Under the pieces are notes generated by a model. That model saw only the letters and a list, made by a program, of their open reading frames with translations. It was not told where the DNA came from and did not search any database. 63,186 bases of DNA from an uncultured Enterobacterales bacterium (GTDB taxonomy: Bacteria; Myxococcota_A; UBA796; CAJQPC01), in the NCBI GenBank assembly GCA_964567625.1, contig CAZMNK010000004.1, positions 1-63,186 on the forward strand, written 5' to 3'. A program made the translations under genes and the position numbers. This document shows positions 26,672-35,253 of this stretch, piece by piece (position 1 is the first letter of the stretch; the number at the start of each line of letters is the position of its first letter).

Positions 26672-28309
26672 ATGCACGCCCTGGGCCGCATGGTCTTTCT
26701 GTCCTTCTTTGCCGCGGCCTTTGGTGCCGTGGTCTTGGGGGCCCTGACCCTTTCCATGAGCATCCTCTGGGTACTGGTTCTGCTGGTGCCCCCGTTCCTC
26801 TTGGGGGTGCGGGACATGATCCAGACCAAGCGGGCCATCCTGCGCAACTACCCGCTGGTCGGGCATGGACGGTACCTGCTGGAAGCGATCCGTCCGGAGA
26901 TCCAGCAGTACTTCATCGAGCAGGGCCTCGAGGGCCGCCCGTTGAACCGGGAGGAGCGCTCAGTGGTCTATTCTCGGGCCAAGAAACAGCTGAGCACCAA
27001 GCCCTTTGGGACCCACAAGGACGTCTACGCCGTGGGCTACGAGTGGCTCAACCACTCGATCGTGCCCAAGGACAAGCCGAAGGAGCAGCCCCGGGTCGTC
27101 ATCGGGGGCAAGGACTGCAAGCAGCCCTACTCCGCCTCGGTTCTCAACATCTCGGCGATGAGCTTTGGATCGCTGTCTGCCGCCGCCATTCGGGCCCTCA
27201 ACGGAGGCGCTGCTGCCGGGGGGTTCTTCCACAACACCGGCGAGGGCAGCCTCAGTCAGTACCACCTGGAGCCCGGCGGGGATCTCTGCTGGCAGATCGG
27301 CACCGGGTACTTCGGCTGTCGGGACGATGAGGGGAACTTCAACCCCGATCTCTTCCAGGAGAAGTCCAATCATCCCCACGTCAAGCTGATCGAGATCAAG
27401 CTCAGCCAGGGCGCAAAACCCGGAAAGGGCGGCATCCTGCCCAAGGAGAAGATCACGGCGGAGATCGCCCGGATCCGCAACGTGCCCATGGGCAAGGATG
27501 TCATCTCCCCCGCGTACCACAAGAGCTTCAACACGCCGACCGGGTTGTTGGAGTTCGTGGCCCAGTTGCGGGATCTCAGCGGTGGCAAGCCGGTGGGCTT
27601 CAAGCTCTGTCTGGGCAAGCGCCGAGAATTTTTTGCCATCTGCAAGGCGATGATCGAGACGGGAATCAGTCCGGACTTCATCACCGTGGATGGGGGCGAA
27701 GGAGGCACAGGTGCCGCTCCCCTGGAGTTCAGCAACTCCGTGGGTTCACCGCTGGTCGAGGGCCTGGTGACCGTCCACAACGGGCTCCGGGGATTCGGGT
27801 TGCGGGAGGACATCCGACTCATCGCTTCGGGTCGCGTCATGACGGCCTTTGGTGTGGCCAAGCGCATCGCGATTGGCGCGGACCTCTGCAATGCCGCCCG
27901 GTCCTTCATGTTGGCCCTGGGCTGCATCCAGGCGCTCCGGTGCAACCTGAACGACTGCCCGACCGGGGCCGCGACCCAGGATCCGCGACTGGTCAAGGGC
28001 CTGGTGGTGACAGACAAGGCCAAGAGGGTCCAACACTTCCATTACGAGACGGTGAAGACCCTGATGGAACTCCTGGCCGCTTCAGGGCTCAACCACCCCG
28101 ACGACCTTCGTCCCTGGCACATCCTGCGCCGTACAAGCCAGTTTGACGTGCACCACTATGGCGAGATGTTCCACTACCTCAATTCCGGGGAGATCCTCCA
28201 GGAACCCCTGCCCAAGGGCTATGCTCGAGCGGTCAGTGCTGCGTCGAGTCAGACCTTCGGCCATGTCTCCCCCGACGAGACCCACAAGGCCCCGGCACGA
28301 AGCAAGTAG
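26672..28309 (+). CDS. FMN-binding glutamate synthase-family protein (GltB domain-2-like, membrane-anchored)
   Basis: Two N-terminal hydrophobic helices, then ISAMSFGSLSAAAIRALNGGA, IKLSQGAKPGKGGILP, ITVDGGEGGTGAAP, ASGRVMT. Confidence 0.85.
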   Translation: MHALGRMVFLSFFAAAFGAVVLGALTLSMSILWVLVLLVPPFLLGVRDMIQTKRAILRNYPLVGHGRYLLEAIRPEIQQYFIEQGLEGRPLNREERSVVYSRAKKQLSTKPFGTHKDVYAVGYEWLNHSIVPKDKPKEQPRVVIGGKDCKQPYSASVLNISAMSFGSLSAAAIRALNGGAAAGGFFHNTGEGSLSQYHLEPGGDLCWQIGTGYFGCRDDEGNFNPDLFQEKSNHPHVKLIEIKLSQGAKPGKGGILPKEKITAEIARIRNVPMGKDVISPAYHKSFNTPTGLLEFVAQLRDLSGGKPVGFKLCLGKRREFFAICKAMIETGISPDFITVDGGEGGTGAAPLEFSNSVGSPLVEGLVTVHNGLRGFGLREDIRLIASGRVMTAFGVAKRIAIGADLCNAARSFMLALGCIQALRCNLNDCPTGAATQDPRLVKGLVVTDKAKRVQHFHYETVKTLMELLAASGLNHPDDLRPWHILRRTSQFDVHHYGEMFHYLNSGEILQEPLPKGYARAVSAASSQTFGHVSPDETHKAPARSK

Positions 28310-28365
28310 CCTCGAACCGGGCCATCCCTGTCACTCGGGGATGAGGTCCTGCCCGGGAAGCTCTG

Positions 28366-28821
28366 TCAGGGCGTGGAGATGAACTCCCGGCCACCCTCGG
28401 AGAGGTTGACCGTGTAGGTGTCCTGGTCAAAATCGACGTAGTGGTTGTCCACGAAGAACTCCATCATCTTCGAAAACCCGGCATGGGCGATGAAATAGCG
28501 TTGTTCGCTGAAGTCGTGGAGATCCTTCATCGCCATCGTTCCGCCCTTGTTGGCGAGGTGTTTGAGCACTCCCCGCTGGGCCTTGGCTCGATGGCGTTTC
28601 ACCTTTTCCTCGTCGACGGGCTTGGGGGCTGCAGGCGTGGCCTCCGGGGTTGGGGGCGGCACCTCCGTGGCAACTGCCGGGGGTGGTTCAGGGCTCGCAG
28701 GGGCGGGCTTGAGCTCGCTCTTCGATGGCGGAATTGGAGTGGGTGACTCTGGCGTGACGGCCTGGGGTTGGTCGCCAGCGAGTCGTTTCAGGCGGCCCTT
28801 GAGGCGACTTCGGATGCCCAT
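28366..28821 (-). CDS. hypothetical small protein: basic N-terminus, Pro-rich linker, compact C-terminal domain (possibly winged-helix-like)
   Basis: 151 aa: MGIRSRLKGRLKRL, about 60 aa of P/E/A/T-rich sequence, then RGVLKHLANKGGTMAMKDLHDFSEQRYFIAHAGFSKMMEFFVDNHYVDFD. The opposite-strand ORFs here are R/G-rich artefacts. Confidence 0.55.
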   Translation of the reverse strand: MGIRSRLKGRLKRLAGDQPQAVTPESPTPIPPSKSELKPAPASPEPPPAVATEVPPPTPEATPAAPKPVDEEKVKRHRAKAQRGVLKHLANKGGTMAMKDLHDFSEQRYFIAHAGFSKMMEFFVDNHYVDFDQDTYTVNLSEGGREFISTP

Positions 28822-28860
28822 GACAAGGCCTTGGATGGGGGGTGGCGGTAGGGTGTAGCG

Positions 28861-30288
28861 GTGATCTTCCTATCCGGCCATCCCTGGCTGCTCACCCTGG
28901 TCCTCTCGTGCCAGCCCGACTCCATGACCGTGACCGGAGATGGGATCCGGGTGATGATCGCCGATGTGAAGGACCTGGTCCTGGCCAAGAACTTCCGGGT
29001 GAGCCTGGACACCGAGGATGCGGTCCATCTTCGCTGCGAGGCCACCGAGGACCCGGACGAGGTCCACGAGCTTTGGACTTCCATAGCCACGGAGCACAGC
29101 TTCGGGCTCTACGGACTTCTCGGGGACACCGCCTACGATTGCCAGGTGGAAGCCGGGGGAGCCGCGCTCGACTTCAGTGTGACCACGGAGGCCTTGCCGG
29201 GGTGGGCGCCGGCATGGACCGTGACCGGGACGACCTCGGGCTACACCCTCTTCAATCACCTGCTCAACGGGCTGGAGGCCAATGAGCAGAAGCTCTTGAT
29301 CGTGGATCCGGCGGGCCGGATTCGCTGGTACCACCTGTTGGAGGAAGAGGTTGCGGGCGACGTGGACAGCCGCCTTCTCGACGATGGAAGCGTGCTCTAT
29401 GGAGGCGGGTATGGAGCCCCACCGCACCAGATCGACCTGGAGGGCCAGACCCTCTACCAGGGGGACAGCCCCCGGATCGGGAAGAGGCATCATCACCATG
29501 TGGAGCGCCTGGCGGACGGGACGGTGCTCAGCCTGGTGAGCACCGACAACGCCCTGTCCACAGAAGAGGAGGGATGGACGGGGTTTGGCATCGAGGTGGT
29601 GGACCCCGACTCCGGAGACCTGGCCTGGTCCTGGGACAGCCAGGAGGCCGTCGATGCCGGACAGTTGCCGCTTCCGGAGTCGGACAAGGACCCCTACCAT
29701 GCCAATTCCGCCTGGTGGACCACCGACCGGGATGGCCCGGCGATCTATGTGAGTCTCCGAGACCAGGATGCCCTGGTCCGGCTGGATCGGGACACGGGGC
29801 TGTTCTCGTGGACCCTGGGGGTCGGCGGGGACTTCACACTGCTGGACGAGGCTGGAGAACCGGCGGACGACGAGGACTGGTTCTACCTGCAGCACGCCCC
29901 TGAGCTGACGGACGAGACCCTGGTCGTCTACGACAATGGACATGGCCGGCCCGGGGGGGCGTATAGCCGGGTGGTGATCTACACCCTCGACCTGGCCGCT
30001 CGCACCCTCCAACAGGTCTGGGACTGGACGGAGGAGGACTGGCTGGAGCCGGTCTGGGGAGACGCGGACCTGTTGGAGGACGGGAATGTGCTGGTGGCTC
30101 GTGGTCACTGCTGGGACTGCAGTTCCGCGGATCCGGACGGGCGCTCAGCTCTCATCGAGCTGGAACCGCAACAGGATGTACCCACCTGGCGCCTGGACTT
30201 TATCGGAGAGTTCGATGGGCTCTACCGGGCACAGCGCATCGACGGGTGCGCTCTCTTCAGCAACCTGCGCTGGTGCCCTGGACCCTAG
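28861..30288 (+). CDS. arylsulfotransferase (ASST)-like beta-propeller lipoprotein, paralogue 2
   Basis: GTG start; LTLVLSC lipobox. Paralogous blocks: KLLIVDPAGRIRWYHLL, GKRHHHHVERLADGTVL, GHCWDCSSADPDGRSALIE, YRAQRIDGCALFSNLRWC. Confidence 0.65.
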   Translation: MIFLSGHPWLLTLVLSCQPDSMTVTGDGIRVMIADVKDLVLAKNFRVSLDTEDAVHLRCEATEDPDEVHELWTSIATEHSFGLYGLLGDTAYDCQVEAGGAALDFSVTTEALPGWAPAWTVTGTTSGYTLFNHLLNGLEANEQKLLIVDPAGRIRWYHLLEEEVAGDVDSRLLDDGSVLYGGGYGAPPHQIDLEGQTLYQGDSPRIGKRHHHHVERLADGTVLSLVSTDNALSTEEEGWTGFGIEVVDPDSGDLAWSWDSQEAVDAGQLPLPESDKDPYHANSAWWTTDRDGPAIYVSLRDQDALVRLDRDTGLFSWTLGVGGDFTLLDEAGEPADDEDWFYLQHAPELTDETLVVYDNGHGRPGGAYSRVVIYTLDLAARTLQQVWDWTEEDWLEPVWGDADLLEDGNVLVARGHCWDCSSADPDGRSALIELEPQQDVPTWRLDFIGEFDGLYRAQRIDGCALFSNLRWCPGP

Positions 30289-30318
30289 GAGGCGTTGACC
30301 GGGGGCATGGCCTGGGCA

Positions 30319-31269
30319 TCAGGAGCTCAATTCGTCTTTGAGTCCGGCCCGCTGGAGCACGCTGGCCATGTCGGCAGGCAGGGGGGCGCGGATGTGAACC
30401 TCTCCGCCATCGGGGTGGGGCGCATGCAGTGCCCGGGCATGCAGGCAGTGTCGAGGGTGACCCAGTCGCTCCCGGAGGTCAGGGAGTGGGCGCTTCTCAA
30501 ACAGGGAAAGGAAGACCTCGGGGGGTTGGCCATAGATCCGGTCCCCCAGGATCGGTGCCCCGGCGTGGGCCAGGTGGACGCGGAGCTGGTGGGTACGGCC
30601 GGTGTGGGGTCGACAAGAGACCAGGGAGACACTCCCCAGTCTGGCGAGCACGCGAAATGTGGTCCTTGCCGGTTGGCCGTCGGCGGTGACACCCCGCTTC
30701 AACACGATCGGGCTGTCACGGTCATCACCGACAGGGGCATCGACGGTCAGGGTCTCCCATGGGGGGTCGCCACGGACGATCGCCCAGTAGGTCTTGCGTA
30801 CCCTCCGAGCCTTGAAAGCGGCTTTGAGATGCTGGTCGGCTGCAAGGTCTCGCGCCAGAAGCGTGATGCCCGAGGTGTCCCGGTCCAGGCGATGACAGAG
30901 GCGGAGCTCCTCGCCTGGAAAACGCTTGCGGGCAAGACCGATCAGTGACCAGGCAAACTGGGCCCCGACCGGGTGACAGAGAAGGTCGGGTGGCTTGGAA
31001 AAGGCCACCAGTCGCGGGTCCTGGTGGACCACCAACGGGCAGGGGGGTTCAGGGCCGCTGGCGAGCAGATCGGGCATGGTCAGGCGCAACACTTCTCCTC
31101 CTCGGACCAGGGAGGAGGGCTTCAGGGAGCGGTCTGTCGCCAACACATGCCCCTCTCGCACCGCTCGGCTGGCAGCGGAGCGTGAGAGGTGTGGGAAGCG
31201 CCGCGCCAGGAAGGCGTCGAGGCGCATGCCTGTGGCCCGCTCGGGCACCATGACCGGACGATGGTCCAT
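30319..31269 (-). CDS. RluA-family pseudouridine synthase (RluD-like, S4 domain N-terminal)
   Basis: S4-like RLDAFLARRFPHLSRSAASRAVREGHVL; catalytic HRLDRDTSGITLLA; HQLRVHLAHAGAPILGD. Confidence 0.85.
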   Translation of the reverse strand: MDHRPVMVPERATGMRLDAFLARRFPHLSRSAASRAVREGHVLATDRSLKPSSLVRGGEVLRLTMPDLLASGPEPPCPLVVHQDPRLVAFSKPPDLLCHPVGAQFAWSLIGLARKRFPGEELRLCHRLDRDTSGITLLARDLAADQHLKAAFKARRVRKTYWAIVRGDPPWETLTVDAPVGDDRDSPIVLKRGVTADGQPARTTFRVLARLGSVSLVSCRPHTGRTHQLRVHLAHAGAPILGDRIYGQPPEVFLSLFEKRPLPDLRERLGHPRHCLHARALHAPHPDGGEVHIRAPLPADMASVLQRAGLKDELSS

Positions 31270-31396
31270 GTTCCGAGGCTATGGGTCGAGGAGGTCATTG
31301 GCCAGCGGCTGGACCTCCGAGGGCAAACGGCACATCTTGTAGGCTCCAGAGTGGTGCCTCCGTCGACTGTGGTGGTGGCACACATCCGAGAGCCCG

Positions 31397-31657
31397 ATGC
31401 CTGAGACCCTGTCCACTCCCCCTGCCCCTGGGCGAACGCTGCCCGACCTGGGGGTGATCATCGCCCTGGCCTGGGTGATGGCTGCGATTGGGGTGACCGT
31501 GCTCTATGGGGGCCAGTTGGGGTTTCGGGGCTGGGTCTGGCTGGGGGTTCACCATGTCGCCTGCGCCATCGGTTGTACCCACGAACTCTGGCAGGGCTGG
31601 AAGCGGCGGCAGCGGCGTGTCAGGGTAGCCACGCCCGGGGCGTCTCCGCCGGCCTGA
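31397..31657 (+). CDS. possible small membrane protein
   Basis: 86-aa ORF with two hydrophobic helices (LGVIIALAWVMAAIGVTVLY, WVWLGVHHVACAIG), a basic tail and high GC3 by inspection. It overlaps the convergent gene by 38 nt. No recognisable family. Confidence 0.35.
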   Translation: MPETLSTPPAPGRTLPDLGVIIALAWVMAAIGVTVLYGGQLGFRGWVWLGVHHVACAIGCTHELWQGWKRRQRRVRVATPGASPPA

Positions 31658-32516
31658 GGTTTCGTTGGCCGGTGCTGGATTCCCACCGGCCCTTGTGCTC
31701 CTCCACCCGGTAGCGTCGCCACCAGACCCAGGCCGGTCCGGTGCGGACCTCCCAGACCACGTGAATCTGCTGGCCGCCCCGTCCTCCAGCTGGCCATGCC
31801 TTTCGACGACAGGTCCCCACGGCCAGGGTCTCGGGTTGGTTCGCCCAGCGGATGGCCACATCGGAGAGCACGGAGGCCTGGGCATTCTCCGGCAGCACGA
31901 GTCCCTCCAGGCTCCTGGCAACCTGGCGGACCACCATGGGCGGCAGGGTGCCTTCCGAGGAGAACCAGCGGCAGGCGAAATCGCCCAACTGGTCCACCAT
32001 CTCCTCCCTCTCCACACCCTCGGGAAGATCCTGGCTCCAGGTTGCCGTGGGCGGTGGGGCAGGACGGGCCAGCTGGACGAGGTCTTCCGAAGGAGGCGGG
32101 AAGAAGGGGTCCTCTTCCAGGGGTTGGTCGCCGTCTCTCCGTGCCCAGTCGCCCAGCCAGGCGATCCCCTGGGGCGTGTCCGTCTGGGGGCGAACCCAGG
32201 CAGTCCAGGCACCGCTGGGTTGCAGCTGGCGCACAAGGGCATGCTCCAGCCATCCAGCGCCGGAGGCCAGGGGCAGTTGGCCCGCCAGGACGGTCCATGT
32301 GCATTCAGGGAGGGCCAAGAGCGCCTGTTCGATGGCGGACAGGTGGGATGGTTCGGTGCCTGCACCGACCACAACCAGTCGCTCGGTGGCGCTGACCCCC
32401 ATCACCATCCAGGGCAGGCTGCCGTGGCGCTCGAGGTTGCGAGTAGCCGAGGCCAACAGGCCTTCCAGCGGGTCGCCGGCAGTCTGTGGAAACCGGAAGA
32501 GCTCGACGGCGATCAC
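31620..32516 (-). CDS. hypothetical protein
   Basis: Of five overlapping ORFs in 31.3-32.6 kb, this is the only one with protein-like, non-R/G/P-dominated composition and high GC3 codons. No family recognised. Confidence 0.55.
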   Translation of the reverse strand: MIAVELFRFPQTAGDPLEGLLASATRNLERHGSLPWMVMGVSATERLVVVGAGTEPSHLSAIEQALLALPECTWTVLAGQLPLASGAGWLEHALVRQLQPSGAWTAWVRPQTDTPQGIAWLGDWARRDGDQPLEEDPFFPPPSEDLVQLARPAPPPTATWSQDLPEGVEREEMVDQLGDFACRWFSSEGTLPPMVVRQVARSLEGLVLPENAQASVLSDVAIRWANQPETLAVGTCRRKAWPAGGRGGQQIHVVWEVRTGPAWVWWRRYRVEEHKGRWESSTGQRNLRPAETPRAWLP

Positions 32517-32607
32517 GGGGGGAGATTCTCCAGGGGGGAGCCCCAGCCTATCGATTGCCGGTAGTCGGTGCCCACCGGTTTCAAGGGTCGGCTATGAGGC
32601 TTCTGTG

Positions 32608-33636
32608 ATGGAAAGCTGGCTGGACAGGGCATTCGTCAAGGTGATGCGTCACCGGCCTTTCTTCTCAGATGGCTGGGGTGACCCGGACCGCCTGGACGTG
32701 GTCACGAGGCTTCCCACGGATCGGGAAGACGTGGCGCCTATTGCTGTCGATTGGAGCCCCTGGGAAGGGCAGGCAGGGGTTGAGGTCCGTGAGGGGGTCT
32801 TTGCCAGTCCTGAAGGCGAGGTTCTGGGGTTGCCTCTCGAGAGCCGTCATGCGGTTGTCCGCCATGTTCGTCCTCACGGGCTTGCCACGGGCCCGCTCTG
32901 TCTCCACCTGGCGGCCACCGGGGAGTTCGGGTTCAAGCGACGCATGCGGTTGGCGCTCCCGCTGGCCAGGGCAGGAATCGCCTCGTTGCTCCTGGAAAAC
33001 CCCTACTACGGCACCCGTGCGCCCCCCGAGCAGCACGGGTCTTCGGTCCGTACTGTCGCGGACCTGCTGGTGATGGGGCGCGCCTGTGTCCAGGAAGCGC
33101 GTAGCCTCCTGGCCTGGTTTCATGCCCAGGGCCACGGGACGCTGGGCGTCAGCGGTTTTTCAATGGGTGGACAGACCGCTGCGATGACCGCTGCCTCCTG
33201 CCCCTTTCCGGTGGCCGCCGTCCCTCTTGCCGGTTCACACTCCGCGACCGCGGTCTTCCTGGATGGGGTCCTGCGCTACGTCGTGGACTGGACCGCCCTG
33301 GCACCAGGTGGGGACCAGGAAGCTGCCCGGGAACGACTGAAGACGTTGCTCAGCGCCCTGTCCGTGGCATCGCTGCCGCCCCCGATCATTCCCCAGTGCT
33401 GCATCCTGGTGTCCGGGTCCCAGGATGCCTTCGTCCAGCCGCACTCCACCCGGTTGCTGCAAGGCCACTGGCCCGGTGCCGAACTCCGGTGGATCAAGGC
33501 GGGTCACGTGGGGGGGTATTTGTGGGGCCAGAGGCACTATCGGGGTGCCATCGTGGAGTCTTTGCAACGACTGGAGGCCGCCCTGGACGGTGGCGTCGGT
33601 TTCGGAGGGACGAAAATAGTGCCTTCGGGCGTATGA
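32608..33636 (+). CDS. alpha/beta-hydrolase (ABHD18/DUF2048-like)
   Basis: The real gene is the 3' part of track ORF 31852-33636, starting at MESWLDRAF (ATG 32608). It has the nucleophile elbow GVSGFSMGG, LLLENPYYGTR, and late SGSQDAFV / GHVGG blocks consistent with an Asp/His triad. Confidence 0.7.
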   Translation: MESWLDRAFVKVMRHRPFFSDGWGDPDRLDVVTRLPTDREDVAPIAVDWSPWEGQAGVEVREGVFASPEGEVLGLPLESRHAVVRHVRPHGLATGPLCLHLAATGEFGFKRRMRLALPLARAGIASLLLENPYYGTRAPPEQHGSSVRTVADLLVMGRACVQEARSLLAWFHAQGHGTLGVSGFSMGGQTAAMTAASCPFPVAAVPLAGSHSATAVFLDGVLRYVVDWTALAPGGDQEAARERLKTLLSALSVASLPPPIIPQCCILVSGSQDAFVQPHSTRLLQGHWPGAELRWIKAGHVGGYLWGQRHYRGAIVESLQRLEAALDGGVGFGGTKIVPSGV

Positions 33637-33648
33637 TCGAGGGACGCC

Positions 33649-35181
33649 ATGCTTCTCTTCTCCTTCATCACCGGTGCCTTGGCAGCTGCGCCTGATTTTG
33701 TGGGTGAGCCTTCCCGTGCCGCCAGGACAGCCCGTATGGCCTGGGAGGCTGCGGAGCTGTGCACCGGCTGGGCCGCCCCCGGGCACCCCCAGGTGGAGAT
33801 CCTCAGTCTCGAACCGGTCGGGGAGCAGCTGGTGGAGGGTCATCGGGACGCAGAGGGCCTCTACCGGATTTCGATCTTTGGCCGTCGACCGAATGAATTG
33901 GCGATTGTGCGGGAGGTTGCCCGCTCCTGGATCGGGGAGGGGCCGACGACCCTGTCAGTAGGCCGGCTGGAGCTCCTGGTGGACTGCATTGCCAGCCAGG
34001 ACGCCCGGACGGTCAGCCGGGTCCCGGATGATGGGCGGCCCCTGGAGGCGATGCCCGACCTGCTTACCTGGACCAGCGACGACATCGGAATCCCGACGTT
34101 CGATCCTTCACAGCCGACCGTGGCCGGCTGGTGGGGCGCAGCTCGCCTGTTCCGCCTGGCTTCCCTTTTTGTCGACCCCGTGCACTTCTGGCCTCAGACC
34201 CGGCTGTTCGGGTGGGACGAATTTGCCGGGTTGCTTTTGGCTGTGGGCCCCCAGGGTGAGTCGGTCATGGGCATCGTGGCTGCCGGGGCAGAGAAGCAGC
34301 GCCAGGCGCTGGTCGATCTGGATCGCGATGGCCTGCCGGACCTGGGCGAGGAACTCCTGGGGACGGACCCGGCGAATTGGGACACCGACGGTGATGGCTG
34401 GTGGGACGGGGCCAAGCGACCGGACCTGGAGGAGGCGGTTCCCCTCCCCCGGGATGGACTGCCAGTTTGCCTGCCGGCGGGTGGCAATGGACCGATGGGG
34501 GGCGTGGTTCTCGACGTGGGTGGCAACCTGCGGGGGCCCGAGGTTCCCGAAGTGATCCTGTTGATGAAGACCCGGGAGGTGAAACTTCTCACCGGTTCGA
34601 ACTACCACCGGGTTCCGTCAGGTCGTCCCGCAGTGGTCCGTCTTTCGGGCGAACTGGACAGGTCCACCGGTGGCGTATGGGTTGCACCGGTGGGTTCCGA
34701 GGCGCAGATCCGGACAGGCTGCATGGCGGACGATCGCATGGTGGTCTGGGCTGCCCATCCCTCCCAGCGCAAGTCTGTCCAACGGTTTCACGCGCTGTCG
34801 GTCGAGGCTCACAAGCGGGCAGAAACCCTGCTGGGACCCACCCGGGTTCCACTCACTGTCCAGCTGGGAGACCCGCAGAACTGGGTCGAAGAAAACACCG
34901 TGGGGCTCAGCCAACAAGCCCTTGCCTGGGCGGAGAAGACAGGGCGCCTGGACTGGCTTGCAGCGCTCTCTGTGGCGCTCTGGCGCACCGATGCCAAGCT
35001 GGATCCATCCCTGCGCTATGAACAGGCAGAGGCTCTCGCTCGAGCCCTGGTGGATGACGCCCCCGAGGACCTGGTGGTGGCCGAGAGTTGGCGAGAGGTC
35101 AACCAGTGGACGCGCATGGCGGAGAACTGCGAGTCCGGCTGGCGTGGACTGCTGGTGGACGCTGCCTGCTGGATCGAGTGA
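33649..35181 (+). CDS. hypothetical exported protein with thrombospondin-type-3-like Ca-binding motif
   Basis: Signal-like MLLFSFITGALAAAP; DLDRDGLPDLGEELLGTDPANWDTDGDGWWDG; balanced composition over 510 aa. Confidence 0.6.
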   Translation: MLLFSFITGALAAAPDFVGEPSRAARTARMAWEAAELCTGWAAPGHPQVEILSLEPVGEQLVEGHRDAEGLYRISIFGRRPNELAIVREVARSWIGEGPTTLSVGRLELLVDCIASQDARTVSRVPDDGRPLEAMPDLLTWTSDDIGIPTFDPSQPTVAGWWGAARLFRLASLFVDPVHFWPQTRLFGWDEFAGLLLAVGPQGESVMGIVAAGAEKQRQALVDLDRDGLPDLGEELLGTDPANWDTDGDGWWDGAKRPDLEEAVPLPRDGLPVCLPAGGNGPMGGVVLDVGGNLRGPEVPEVILLMKTREVKLLTGSNYHRVPSGRPAVVRLSGELDRSTGGVWVAPVGSEAQIRTGCMADDRMVVWAAHPSQRKSVQRFHALSVEAHKRAETLLGPTRVPLTVQLGDPQNWVEENTVGLSQQALAWAEKTGRLDWLAALSVALWRTDAKLDPSLRYEQAEALARALVDDAPEDLVVAESWREVNQWTRMAENCESGWRGLLVDAACWIE

Positions 35182-35199
35182 TCCTGGACAGAAGACAGG

Positions 35200-35215
35200 T
35201 GTTCCACGTGGAACA
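35200..35215. promoter_or_regulatory. parS centromere-like site 1 (TGTTCCACGTGGAACA)
   Basis: A perfect 20-bp palindrome GGTGTTCCACGTGGAACACC spans 35198-35217, in the 72-nt gap between convergent genes. It differs from the general parS consensus TGTTTCACGTGAAACA only at one symmetric position pair. Confidence 0.85.
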
Positions 35216-35253
35216 CCTCTCCCCTGGCGTTGCGGGGGCTCCAGGCTCCCTGT

